A model generated the notes under the pieces. That model made no database searches and was not told the DNA's origin. It saw only the letters and a program-made list of their open reading frames with translations. Shown here piece by piece: positions 29,253 to 39,856 of a stretch of DNA of 64,000 nt. The stretch is from Polymyxa betae A26-41 (lineage: Eukaryota; Protista; Endomyxa: Phytomyxea): the NCBI GenBank assembly GCA_003693705.1, contig RBZT01000753.1, positions 10,336 through 74,335 on the forward strand, written 5' to 3'. The translations under genes were made by a program, and so were the position numbers. Position 1 is the first letter of the stretch, and every line of letters starts with the position of its first letter.

Positions 29253-32200
29253 GCATCGCCCTCGTTATTTAAATATATTTTATCCACACAATTTACTCAA
29301 CATCGTTGGGGTATTCTCACCTTTACGGTATTGCGTTAACGTGGTCGCCGTTTAGAATTTATCATGTGGTAGCTAGTGGTTGATGAGGGCAGCGTCCCGA
29401 AGAGACGATCTGAGCAACCATATCTCAATTGCTGATTTGTGATAATTGAATTTTAAAGTACATTTGAGCATCGTCGCTCACTCTGTCCCCTGCTGCAATG
29501 TTGGAGAGTTTGCGCCATCAGTTTTTCAAAACTTTGTTGCGACTGTATTCGGGAAAATTTTCTAGACGCGACGCGTCCAGAGGCTGCTCCAAACGCGCGA
29601 AAAAATTTCCGCTAATCTACCTACGGGTATATACGGTATATCCGCAGGCCTCCTTAACCCTGATCCGAAAAATAAATTTTCACCATCCGTAAATAATTCT
29701 TTCATTAGGTTCTTCATTGAAATATTCTTCTTCTTCTTCACTGACATGTATTATAGTGTATAATATACACTTTTACGGAGTTCGCAATTTTTGCCCCCAA
29801 ATCGTTAAAGTTTATATTTTGCGGATATCTCACCCTTCCCACTATGGGTCCCCCGACCTGACGACCCAGTCTATTGGCGACCTTGCTGAAATATCCGTAA
29901 ACACAAGTAAGAAAGTGCGTTTCCAAAATTTGTTGCGATCTGAGTTAGTTTGCGAGTTTTTGCGGAAGGTTTGCGATTTGCTGTTAGGTTCCTATCTCTT
30001 TGTCTGGCAGTGACAGTGGACCATGTCCAGAACTGTCGCTAACCGACAATTCTCTCGCGAGCCTCATGGCCCAAGTTCGTCAAATGTGAGAATCGATTCT
30101 CCGAACCCACCTTCGTGCAAACGAAATCAGACATCGAAATCGTACAAGTTGAATTCAAGCAATGGTGTATTGATTATTTATTGCATTAATAAAGCATCAT
30201 CTCACTAGCAATAAATTATATTCAATCGAAAGCTAACATTAGAAATGCTAACAGAAAAAGCCTTGAAAAATATAATGGGCAAATTTTCGATGAAACCTTG
30301 TTACCGAAACCGGTGTGGCAGGCCTCGCAAGAGACATGAGGATGCTGCTGGCTTTGATATCGCGATGCATAATGTGAATTTGTTGCAGCTAGATGAGATA
30401 GAAAAGCGTCCATAAGAGATGAATGTGAAGCCGACAGGATGGCGAAAATTCGAAATCGATTAGGGTGATTGATGAGAGAGTTTGCAGTCGAACTATTGGG
30501 TGAAAGCGATCCAACAATGAATACTGTCCATTAAGCACCTAAGCAAACTGAATATATAATTCCAACAACTTCAGAGCCGTTAGTTTGGGTCTCGCTGAGA
30601 ATGAGCATTTCGCTCGCCTGTCTGCCTATGCACTTCATCATTGTACGATCGATGCTGTCCATTGCTGCAAACTCTGGTGCCGTTATGGTTTGCTGACTCA
30701 GTTCCAGCTCCATTTTAAAAAGAAAAAACCATGCACTACTGTATTAAAAAAGTATTCGCAAGTTGCCGATAGCCAAACCGCTCGCCGAATTTGGCCGTAT
30801 GGTTTAGATATACGTATATTGATATGGGTGGCGACCTGCGCTGTACATATGTTGACATATTTACGGGCTGAGCCTATAAATATGCGCACATATTTGGGTC
30901 GCAGGTCGCAGGTCCTCACAGTGCCACGGAAAAAGAATGGCGACCTGGACCGTTTATATTATACACAGGAAAATTGTCAACTTTGATAAATTCTATAAAT
31001 TCAACTATTAATCTAGAGTCGATGAAATTTTGCAACCATATCCGGAATGACCCAAACCCTAGCCCGCAAAAAAGTTTGCGTGAAATTCGTATTCTGGACC
31101 TCGTCATTGCTTGCTGCCTTTCCTGACTGTTTTAATGGCGTCCCTGGAAGAGTTTTTCGATACATACGATGATACATCGTTCAATAATGGAAAGGCGATA
31201 CTGAGGATGATCCCATACAGTGGAATCACGCTCAGCTGCTCAAATAGGCCAATTTTTTGTCTTAACGAAGTCGCTGGATGGATGTTTTACGACGACGCTG
31301 TTCGTGATTTTCCAGCCGTTTCAGCAATGCCGAGGTTTACCTTTGATTTTATTGTGAACTGTTTTTTACTTGCTAACCTGTTTAATGCCGTTCGAGAGAG
31401 GTTACCATCAAGTAACGTTACCAGCCCTAAACCTTAAACCCCAAAAATGACATGAGGCTATTTACGGAGCGATCGCTTGCGCCTCAAAGTGAGCGAACAC
31501 GACGGCAGCGAAACAGTCCAGAACAGGACTCTTCTGCACAATCGCAGTCTCGAACTCGATGTCAAAGAGCTCATTAAACACTGTTCTCTTATAGTGTATA
31601 TTATGCACTATAAGGCATTTCCCCTGTTGTTGCGTGGCCCCACAAACCCTAAACCCTACCCCACGATTGCGAAGGCTCCCTTTGAGCTATCATAAAAATT
31701 TTTACATAGACATGTAGATAATTACAGGAGCAGCATCAATATAGTATTGATTGGGGTTCATGAGCTTCCTCAGAGGTTTCACAAATCGTTGAAAACGAAA
31801 AGTGGATTTTTCCTTATATAATCAGGCCACTTTAAATAGTGTCCTTGTATGGGACGCTCACTAAATAACACTAAATAAATTTTGTGGCGAGCGCTAAATA
31901 AGCGCAGCCCAGTCCGTGGCGCAGATAGGTTTTGCGTGTGTTTCCCTTTCCTTTTCGACGTTTTGGGTGGGGAAATCATCATCTTTCGGATATCAGATTC
32001 AGATATGGGTGGTTACAAGCAGGGCCCTGCTTTCAGCAAGGATCATTGCACTGAATTCGGTCTGAAAATCACTGCCAGAGATCCTGAAAGCCAGCGTGTT
32101 ATTTCTGTTCGCTGTGAATTTTGTGTTTATTCTGGGAGGGAAGAAAATGTTGGTGGGAAACGCAAGCGGACCACCAACGTCAAGTACTTTGAAAAGTTTC

Positions 32201-32678
32201 GGCCGCAATACTATAAACAGCATCTCATGCTACAACATCAATCTGATTGGGAACAGTATCAGCTATGTTCTGTTGAGGAGAAGCGACAATATTTCGAGGG
32301 CAAACAGAATCTTCAGAATACCCTTCTTCGACATTTCGAAAATGAAGATACGCTACGGTTCCATGTAAACTGTGATATCGTTGATGTTATCATCGGAGAT
32401 CTCTTTAATCCTGACGATGATGAAGTTGCTATGTCTAGAGAAAGAGCTTTAACTTTCTTCAAACGATCTGATTCCCAAGATCATCAGCATTCTCAAGATC
32501 AGAGTTATACGGTCGAGATTAAATCGACGAAGTTATTTCGACTATCTATTCGATTTGTGGCTTCTGGAGCGACCTTTCGAATGGCTTCCCGTTTGATTTC
32601 TGACACCAAAGACGAAACTGGCTTGAGCTTCCTTGCTGGCTGCAACGAAGGCCGTATTTCCCAATTCGTTAAAGTTGT

Positions 32679-33222
32679 AGTTGAAAACCAGAGTGTCATT
32701 TTCAGAACTCAAACCAAAAAATGACACATTATAGGGTCTTATAACGTGTCAATTTAGAATTTATTCTCAAAAATGACGCATTAAAAGACCTTTTAATAAT
32801 GTGTCATTTTTTGGTTTGAGTTCTGAAAATGACACTCTGGTTTTCTACTCTGGGGCGTGATTTTTGAGTTCAATTTTCAAAAATGACAACAGATTAATCC
32901 GTCCAGTCTCATAGATTAATCCCTCGTTGAAATCAGATTTAAAAAATGACAATATATTACTATGATATTTATTTATAATAATCCTTATATTTTCGTGCCA
33001 GGCAAGCGTGCCAGGCAAACCCCCTTTCGTGCCAGGCAACCCCCCTAAAATGCCAGGCAAGAATTCCGAAAATCGGCGAAAAATGCCATTTTCCCATACA
33101 AAAATGACCTCGTGCCAGGCAAAGCGCTCGTGCCAGGCAAAATCAGCGAAATCGCACAGAATAAAAAAATTTTATATCACTTCCACGTATTCATCAAAAT
33201 ATTAATCAAAATAAACCCACCG
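32679..33222 (+). repeat. Left TIR (~544 bp) with terminal 171-bp palindrome, AAAATGAC repeats and six TGCCAGGCAA repeats
   Basis: Reverse complement of 35034-35596 apart from a few substitutions and small indels plus one ~20-bp indel. Confidence 0.95.
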
Positions 33223-33282
33223 CGACATAGATATTATTACGTTATTTGAGGAAAATGTTGAAAATGATAAAATGATTAAAAT

Positions 33283-33764
33283 ATGTCTATTAATATAACT
33301 GAATATGAGGATATGATATCAAATCATAATTGGATTAGCAGTATAAAAGTAATACATCCAGATGGGCACATTATAAAAGAAATAAAACCACGATTGGATT
33401 TCGATGAAGAATATATAAAAGAACGTGATAAAAAACTTGTTTCAAAGTATATCAAAAAATTAGAATATTTCAGTAATCAAAGTTTAGATTTAGATTTATA
33501 TAATATTCAGATATGTAATTCATTTAGAAAAACATTAATCAAAAATATAATAAACTTACGAATAGTTATAAATGGGAGTTAAATATGTACCAAGACACAA
33601 GAAAAGAACTTATAGATGAATTACAAAAATTTATAAGAGTTATTAATGAAATTAGAAAAGAAAATTATTTAAATGTTCACAAACAAAAATATCAAAATAA
33701 GGAAAATGTTAAATTATTAAATTTAAATAATGATATAACAAATTTAATTAAATCATTCTTCTAA
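33283..33764 (+). CDS. Element ORF1, hypothetical ~160 aa, split by a probable 1-bp frameshift in the A-run near 33528-33532
   Basis: 99-aa ORF 33283-33582 overlaps an open frame (NINQKYNKLTNSYKWELNMYQDTRKEL...LNLNNDITNLIKSFF*) ending at 33764. Confidence 0.55.
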
Positions 33765-33915
33765 ATAAGGAAAACGATGTTTTCAAAAATACAAAAAAAC
33801 TGAATTTTTGAAAAAATCTTTAAATAAATAAATAGATTATATTACGTTATTCTACATATAGAAATAAAACGGGGGGAAATATTTAAAATAAAAAAATACT
33901 TCAAAATAATAATTA

Positions 33916-34137
33916 ATGTTTAATAACAAAATTGCTCTTATTTTTGATGTTGGGGTAAATTTCTTTTTAGTAACCCGAAAGAATGAAGATTATGAAATTT
34001 CTGAAACGAGAAATCAGAAAAGACAAATCACACATTCAATTGATAAATCATTAAAAAAATTCTTCAAACAAGTAGGAGGGGAAATTGAAATTAATGATAT
34101 TAATAATGCTTGTGATGATATATATATATATTATTAA
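33916..34137 (+). CDS. Element ORF2, hypothetical 73 aa (followed by a 35-aa ORF at 34140-34247)
   Basis: ATG-initiated ORF in AT-rich DNA, preceded by the TTACGTTATT motif. Confidence 0.45.
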   Translation: MFNNKIALIFDVGVNFFLVTRKNEDYEISETRNQKRQITHSIDKSLKKFFKQVGGEIEINDINNACDDIYIYY

Positions 34138-34382
34138 AAATGGGTGATAAGCGTGTAAAAGAAGTAAAAGATTTTAAATTTGATAATATTCTGATGCCGA
34201 AGAGAATACATGTAGCATTACTCCAATTAAAAGAATTCAGTGTTTAGCGAAAAACAAGGAAAAATATATTAATTCTAAAACCTTAATTTTACGTTATTTA
34301 CGGAAAATATTTAATTGAAAATATTGTGTCATATTTTTGAAAAAATTAATATTGTTAGAAATAAAAATATTGTATTATTATT

Positions 34383-34453
34383 GTGATTGTAGTTAAATGG
34401 TATAATATTGGTTTGTGGCGCCAATGTTCTGGGTTCAATTCCCAGCAATCACA
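34383..34453 (+). tRNA. tRNA-His (GTG), intronless, inside the element
   Basis: Acceptor GTGATTG/CAATCAC; D arm GTTA-AATGGTA-TAAT; anticodon arm TTGGT-TTGTGGC-GCCAA; T arm CTGGG-TTCAATT-CCCAG; discriminator A; followed by TTTT. Confidence 0.9.
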
Positions 34454-34533
34454 TTTTAAATAATTTTTAGGGAGGTTGTGGTGATTATTGTTATTGTTAT
34501 TTTGAATTAAATTTGAGTTGAAATAAAATTTTC

Positions 34534-34872
34534 TCAAATTTGTAACATACATATAATTTCATTTTTAATATCATTAGGCAAATTCATATTTTTCATCTGT
34601 TTAGAATAATATTTTTTCTTAAATTGTTTCTGTATTTTGATTATGGAATTCAAGGTGTTATCATATATTTTTTGTGTAATTTTATGTTTATGTTTCCAAT
34701 ATGTTATTTTAAAGTTTCGAATGCCAAGATAATCCTCCCATAATCCACCTGCTATACCAAACCAATAGTAATCAAATACATAACTCATTATTCGTTTTTC
34801 AATACAATTATCTATATCACAATCATCGGGAAAAGACCTTGATTTATGTTTTTGACAAAGATAGAACGCCAT
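34534..34872 (-). CDS. Element ORF3, hypothetical 112 aa with IQ-like and C-terminal F-box-like motifs
   Basis: Intact ORF; IIKIQKQFKKKYY...NLPNDIKNEIICML. Confidence 0.6.
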   Translation of the reverse strand: MAFYLCQKHKSRSFPDDCDIDNCIEKRIMSYVFDYYWFGIAGGLWEDYLGIRNFKITYWKHKHKITQKIYDNTLNSIIKIQKQFKKKYYSKQMKNMNLPNDIKNEIICMLQI

Positions 34873-35033
34873 TTAATGTAAGTATCTATTTATATTTTAA
34901 ATATTTAAATTAAAATAATGTATTATAGTAATTATGATAATGAATAAATTAAATACAAATACATATATCCTTGAATGACGCCATGGGTTCAATTCTGGGT
35001 CCATGAACATTATCCATTTAATTCATGGTGTGT

Positions 35034-35596
35034 CGGTGGGTTTATTTTGATTGATATTTTGATGAATACGTGGAAGTGATATAAAATTTTTTTATTCTGT
35101 GCGATTTCGCTGATTTTGCCTGGCACGAGCGCTTGCCTGGCACGAGGTCATTTTTGTATGGGAAAATGGCATTTTTCGCCGATTTTCGGAATTCTTGCCT
35201 GGCATTATAGGGGGGTTGCCTGGCACGAAAGGGGGTTTGCCTGGCACGCTTGCCTGGCACGAAAATATAAGGATTATTATAAATAAATATCATAGTAATA
35301 TATTGTCATTTTTTAAATCTGATTTCAAAAATTACAAATGACGGATTGAGAGGGATTAATCTATGAGACTGGACGGATTAATCTGTTGTCATTTTTGAAA
35401 ATTGAATTCAAAAATCACGCCCAGAGTAGAAAACCAGAGTGTCATTTCCAGAACTCAAACCAAAAAATGACACATTATTAAAAGGTCTTTTAATGCGTCA
35501 TTTTTGAGAACAAATTCTAAAAATGACACGTTATATGACCCTATAATGTGTCATTTTTTGGTTTGAGTTCTGAAAATGACACTCTGGTTTTGTACT
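35034..35596 (-). repeat. Right TIR (~563 bp)
   Basis: Inverted copy of 32679-33222; terminal palindrome at 35425-35596. Confidence 0.95.
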
Positions 35597-36806
35597 AGTT
35601 GTTGTTGCTGTCAATCATCAGAAGCTCTACGAAATTCTAAAAAGACAATGGGCATTCTCGATTGCTCTTGACGCCGGAAATAGCAGCTGGAGCAATTATT
35701 TCGACATCCGCATAAGATTCTACGAGCAGAACCAGCTCTTCAACATGCACTTTTTGGCACTCCCGATGCACGCAAGGAAGACGACAGAAAATTTGTTTGA
35801 AGTGTCCTCAAAGGCATTAGACGTTGTTGCGCCTGAATGGCGAAAGAAGTTGATTGGTATAAGCACAGATGGGGAAAATACCATGACTGGACGTTTTCGA
35901 GGCGTTGCGACTCGATTTCAGAATGCTGTGGAAGGGAACGATATCTGGCGAGTTTGGTGTGCTCTCCATCAAGTGGATTTAGTCGTTCAAGAACAATACA
36001 AGTGTCTTCTAGATGGAAACTTCTTGGACGTTTTAATCAGTTTAATCGGCTACCTCCGACGACAGCAAAATCTGATTGCGGAAATGGGTACAACATGCCC
36101 AAAACTGATGCTGACCCGCTGGGCGCACATGCATCGATCCACTTAATGGTTTGTTGATCATCGCATCTCGGTGCTAGATTATCTAGCTCTAAAAAAGTCT
36201 GCATGCACGCCCAGTAATTCATGGTAAATCGATCCCTTTACCGATACAATTTTTTAAATTTCTTTAGGTGGATTGTTTTGCACGCCTTGAATCGTGTTAC
36301 AAAAGTTGTTCTCGCGACTGTTACCCGCCTTCAAGGCATGGCGACTTTGATATTACAGCAAAGTCGACAGATTCAGGAGCTAGGTGTGAAGGTCTGTGAA
36401 TTGTGCCCAGTGGAAGGCCCTCTTTCTTTTCAAGAAGCTTTGGAAACATCTCAGCATGATTGCGGTTTTGTTATTGTGGGAGCACACCGTGTGGATGTTA
36501 AAGATTCGCAGGCGTTTGTTGAAGACCTTGGCTCTCACGTGATGGAATCCATGCGCCAGTTGCCTTCTAACGAGGTCCAAGTAATTGCATTGTCCGTTGC
36601 CAGATTATTCGCTGGTGTCGTCGATGGTGTGGCTAATGTTGTCTCCGAAAGAGACGCTGCAAATGATCCTTCACATCAGAAACTACCACCAGTCACCCCG
36701 CCTGAGCTCGTTAAGCTACGAGGATCAGAATTCGGAAATATCATTATCCAAATGAAACCGCGCTTGAGGCGGAACGGAATGTCTGATGTTGATATCCAGA
36801 GGCGGA

Positions 36807-36869
36807 GGTGACGGTTTTCCTCACTCCGGACATAGAGGCGATCTGTCCGGAGTGAGAAAAACCGTCACC
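36807..36869. repeat. 26-bp inverted repeat (1 mismatch, 11-nt loop) at the transposase truncation point
   Basis: GGTGACGGTTTTCCTCACTCCGGACA ... TGTCCGGAGTGAGAAAAACCGTCACC. Confidence 0.9.
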
Positions 36870-37749
36870 GCGTCAAAATCGATGTCCCTCGTCGAAAGGT
36901 ATTGTCGAATGCGGTCTATGTCGCCTTGAGAGAATCCGTTCTCGCGCAACAACTTCTCGTTCAATTCAATAACGTACAGGTTTATAGGATGTGAATCGCA
37001 TAACGTCTCCGTGCCCATAAACTCCTCCTGCCTTAACTCGAAGGAATCCTCTTCCAATGCGGCATTGGTGTGCTCTTTGTCGAGTAATGTGAGAAGGAGA
37101 TTCACATTGCGAGTTTCGAGTAAGCACATGACGCTAGGTAACTAGTCGAGTGGAACGTAATCCAGGAGGAACTTTAGCAGGTGAGTTAGTTGTAATATGG
37201 TCACGAGCTTTAGCAGCACATTTGTTCTGATGCAGAAGCGCCAATCAATGATCAAAGTGAGAGTGTCACCGGATAGGACGGACTTGAGGCAGCGCCTGAG
37301 CGCGTTGGAACAGGGTTCCCTAAGGTTAGACGATGAAAGCGCCTGTTCTGCCGAAACCGCTATGGACAGGACCTCCTCCACGGACGGGTCCGATTTGTCC
37401 CCATTCCATTTCCAGAAATCATCTCGGATTTCAGTCAGGATGGGATTGTCACAGGCCCTTTCGAAGTCACGCGGTCCATATATAACAGCACCATATGGCG
37501 TATCGAAGATAAGAGCAGATCCAACCGCACTCATATCTATAATCCCACCCTGGGTCACTTCACCACCAAATCCCAATTCATCCCACTCACACTGTCACAC
37601 ACCGTCCATCCAAAAGCGATAACGCAAATATCTATATTGCGCAACTAAAAAGATTGCGCAAGTGCGCAACTTTTCTGAAACATTTTTATCGTGTCTAAAT
37701 ACGGTATATTATTACGTAATTACATGCTAAATTAAAGTTCCCGCTACTG

Positions 37750-39150
37750 GAAGACAAAATAAACTGGATACCGCTCTCACTGTTGTAAGGGCAATTGCTC
37801 GAAGCAACCTGATCGCCACAGACTTTGATGCCTGGGTCCTCCATAGTCCATATTGGAGGTGAAAGTGGGACCCCTTTTGGATTAGCACGACAAGCTCTCG
37901 ACGAATGGATTCCAGATCATTTTGAAGGCGTTCACCCCGAAATCAAGGTTGATCACTATACATTAGAAGGTTTGAGTAAGTTCGTTTTTCTTCTTGACGA
38001 TCGCATAACAGCAATGGTGAAGCTTAAAAAGGGGAAATTGATTGTCAATGCGCAAGGAATATCCATTTGGACAGATGGCAGTTTGCAAAACGAAGACGAT
38101 GAAGTCTGGCAGGAGCAGCCGCCATTTCAGCTGGCAAATTCCTGCCCACCAGGCCTATACAGAGAATTTTATCGGGTGCGTCTCACAGCCAGTAAAACGC
38201 TAGACTCGACCCTAAACCCTAACACGACCATATCAGATATTACCCTCTCTGAAGAGCCGACAGATGGCCACTATCATTTCCAGTTATAGTGGAAGATACA
38301 CCTGTCCACAGACTCTCTGTCTTGTATACAGCAGCTCGCTTGCCTACTCTATAAAGTTAGATATGTTAACGATACAGTGGCAGATTGCGAAGAAAAACTG
38401 GCCATACTGGCCCAGAGCAACGAGGTTGAAGTACACTTCGTGTCAAGCCACACTAAACCTCCCATTCCAGAAAGTGAACGAATCGACGGGGTTCTCGAAA
38501 TCCGCAGCATAGAATGGCACCCCATTAAACCACGACCCTTTTGTTCGCCCGTACCGACTCCATTTCAATAAAGAAGCAAGAGAGAACTTACAATCTCACC
38601 TGAACATAACCATCACAACAAGCCACTGTAGAAACTACACTGATCGAAAGCCGTTTATAGATGATAGATATTCCGAGAAGATCGGAAACAAGACAAATTC
38701 GATTGGACCATGACAACCCCCACCTCAATATGGCCAGAACCGGAATGCAGGGCCAACCTAAGCAGATGAGCACTGAGACAGAAAGCGAATGCAGATTTTG
38801 TAATCGGAAAAAGAAATTCTCAAACACCTCCTTATGAATTGTTCCCATCTCGAGACATCGTTGTCACGCCACCGATCCGCCTACAGAATCCGCAGCAAAA
38901 CAGACTTTAATACAGCACTATGGAAACAGCCGGCACACTCGCCAAATTCTCCCAAGGGTGTAGGCGTCCGAAATATGATTTGTAGGAGAGCCACGGACTT
39001 CGGTCTGGTGGCGCCCACCTTGCCGAATGGCACCATAACTAGTACAATCCAAACCAATCCAATCCAAGTACGGACAGAAAATAATGCCGATATCTGCTCT
39101 AGGTTTGTTCGAGAGCGGGAGCGGTGTCTATTTAATCAGCTCTCGTTGTG
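37750..39150 (+). mobile_element. Degenerate 3' part of an RNase H-containing non-LTR retrotransposon
   Basis: IWTDGS (RNase H start), VEVHFVSSH..PIPESERID (RNase H end), CRFC...HLLMNC zinc knuckle; frameshifts. Confidence 0.75.
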
Positions 39151-39676
39151 AATCGGTTTTCCGCATTCGAAGCAGACAGCTCTAAGGTTGTTTTACCTCA
39201 TGCAGGCGCTCAATGTGGCTTTTGAGATTGTATGGTGTCGCGAACGTCAGACCACACGATTTGATGGGGTAGCTCGTCGTGGTTATGATTTCAAACATAG
39301 ACTATCTGAGGATTCCGTGGCATAATATGTACAAAACGTGAACCTTAGACTCACTAATAATTGATTCTCTTATAGCTAATTCTCGCTTATAATTTTAATA
39401 GGGGAAGCGTCCACCGACCTGGGTTCTATGAATTATAACTAATGTCGCTTATAATTAACACAAAACCCGTCCACCGACTCTAAAATTGTATATTCTAACT
39501 GATACACGCTTACGATTGATACAAAACCCCTCCACCGACCGTATTAATTGTAAGAGAGTACTGTATTACCCCTATTATTGTATCAAAAATTGGTATGTCT
39601 ATCAGAGGCGCAGAATTTTGTTCGCTCAGCTCTGGAGAAATTGCGCACCGCGATTAGGAGAGACGACGGGACCCAA

Positions 39677-39856
39677 TAGGGATGGGCGCGGTTCCGGTTT
39701 CGGCAGGCCGGCTTGAAAATCAGAACCAGCCGGCTAGCCGGCTAGCCGATTAAAAACCGGCTAATGCCGACTAGCCGGTTAGGGTTTTTACGTCCTGGGA
39801 CCGAGACTTGAGAATCACGGACCGGACCGAACCGGACCGGACCGTGCCCAGGTCTA
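39677..39856. mobile_element. Possible hAT-type MITE remnant
   Basis: Imperfect TIRs TAGGGATGGGCGCGGTTCCGG vs reverse complement TAGACCTGGGCACGGTCCGG; many ACCGG/CCGG subterminal repeats; no TSD found. Confidence 0.4.

Larger units (their letters stand above)
33237..34298 (+). promoter_or_regulatory. Three copies of a putative element promoter motif TTACGTTATT (33237, 33842, 34289)
   Basis: Identical 10-mer upstream of ORF1, ORF2 and the tRNA, each followed by a GGAAA(A)T(A/G)TT-like motif. Confidence 0.5.
32679..35596. mobile_element. Non-autonomous Polinton/virophage-like element (2,918 bp), AT-rich, 6-bp TSD
   Basis: TSD AGTTGT at 32673-32678 and 35597-35602; termini AGT...ACT; long TIRs; precise interruption of the transposase frame. 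Confidence 0.85.
32005..36811 (+). pseudogene. hAT-superfamily transposase, interrupted by the 32679-35596 insertion, with an in-frame stop (36144) and 3' truncation
   Basis: Zn-finger-like CEFC...HLMLQH; removing the insert and one TSD restores the frame FVKVVVAVNHQ..WAFSIALD..ISTDGENTMTG..WCALH..LTRW (D, D, CxxH, RW motifs); intron 36224-36268. Confidence 0.85.

Noticed and set aside
29500-31700. Short ORFs and GCGACCTG-like motifs
   Set aside because: No recognisable protein, TIR pair or TSD; probably decayed repeats or pseudogenes
32994-33140. TGCCAGGCAA repeats as a CRISPR-like array
   Set aside because: Repeats are only 10-12 bp, spacing is irregular, they are mirrored in both TIRs, and no cas genes are present
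32845-33205. ORFs 32845-33060 and 33008-33205 (also 35042-35293 in the right TIR)
   Set aside because: Translations of TIR repeats; no evidence of coding function
32679-35596. Insert as a hAT MITE, intron or contaminant
   Set aside because: TSD is 6 bp (hAT makes 8 bp), ends are not GT-AG, and the clean TSD with a restored host frame indicates a real insertion
36760-36960. Peptide resemblance RLRRNGMSDVDIQR vs LLRENGFSQGDIDR across the hairpin
   Set aside because: Short, weak at the DNA level; probably coincidental
39350-39565. pogo-like MITE with TCCACCGAC x3
   Set aside because: Only one plausible terminus (…GTACTGTA) was seen
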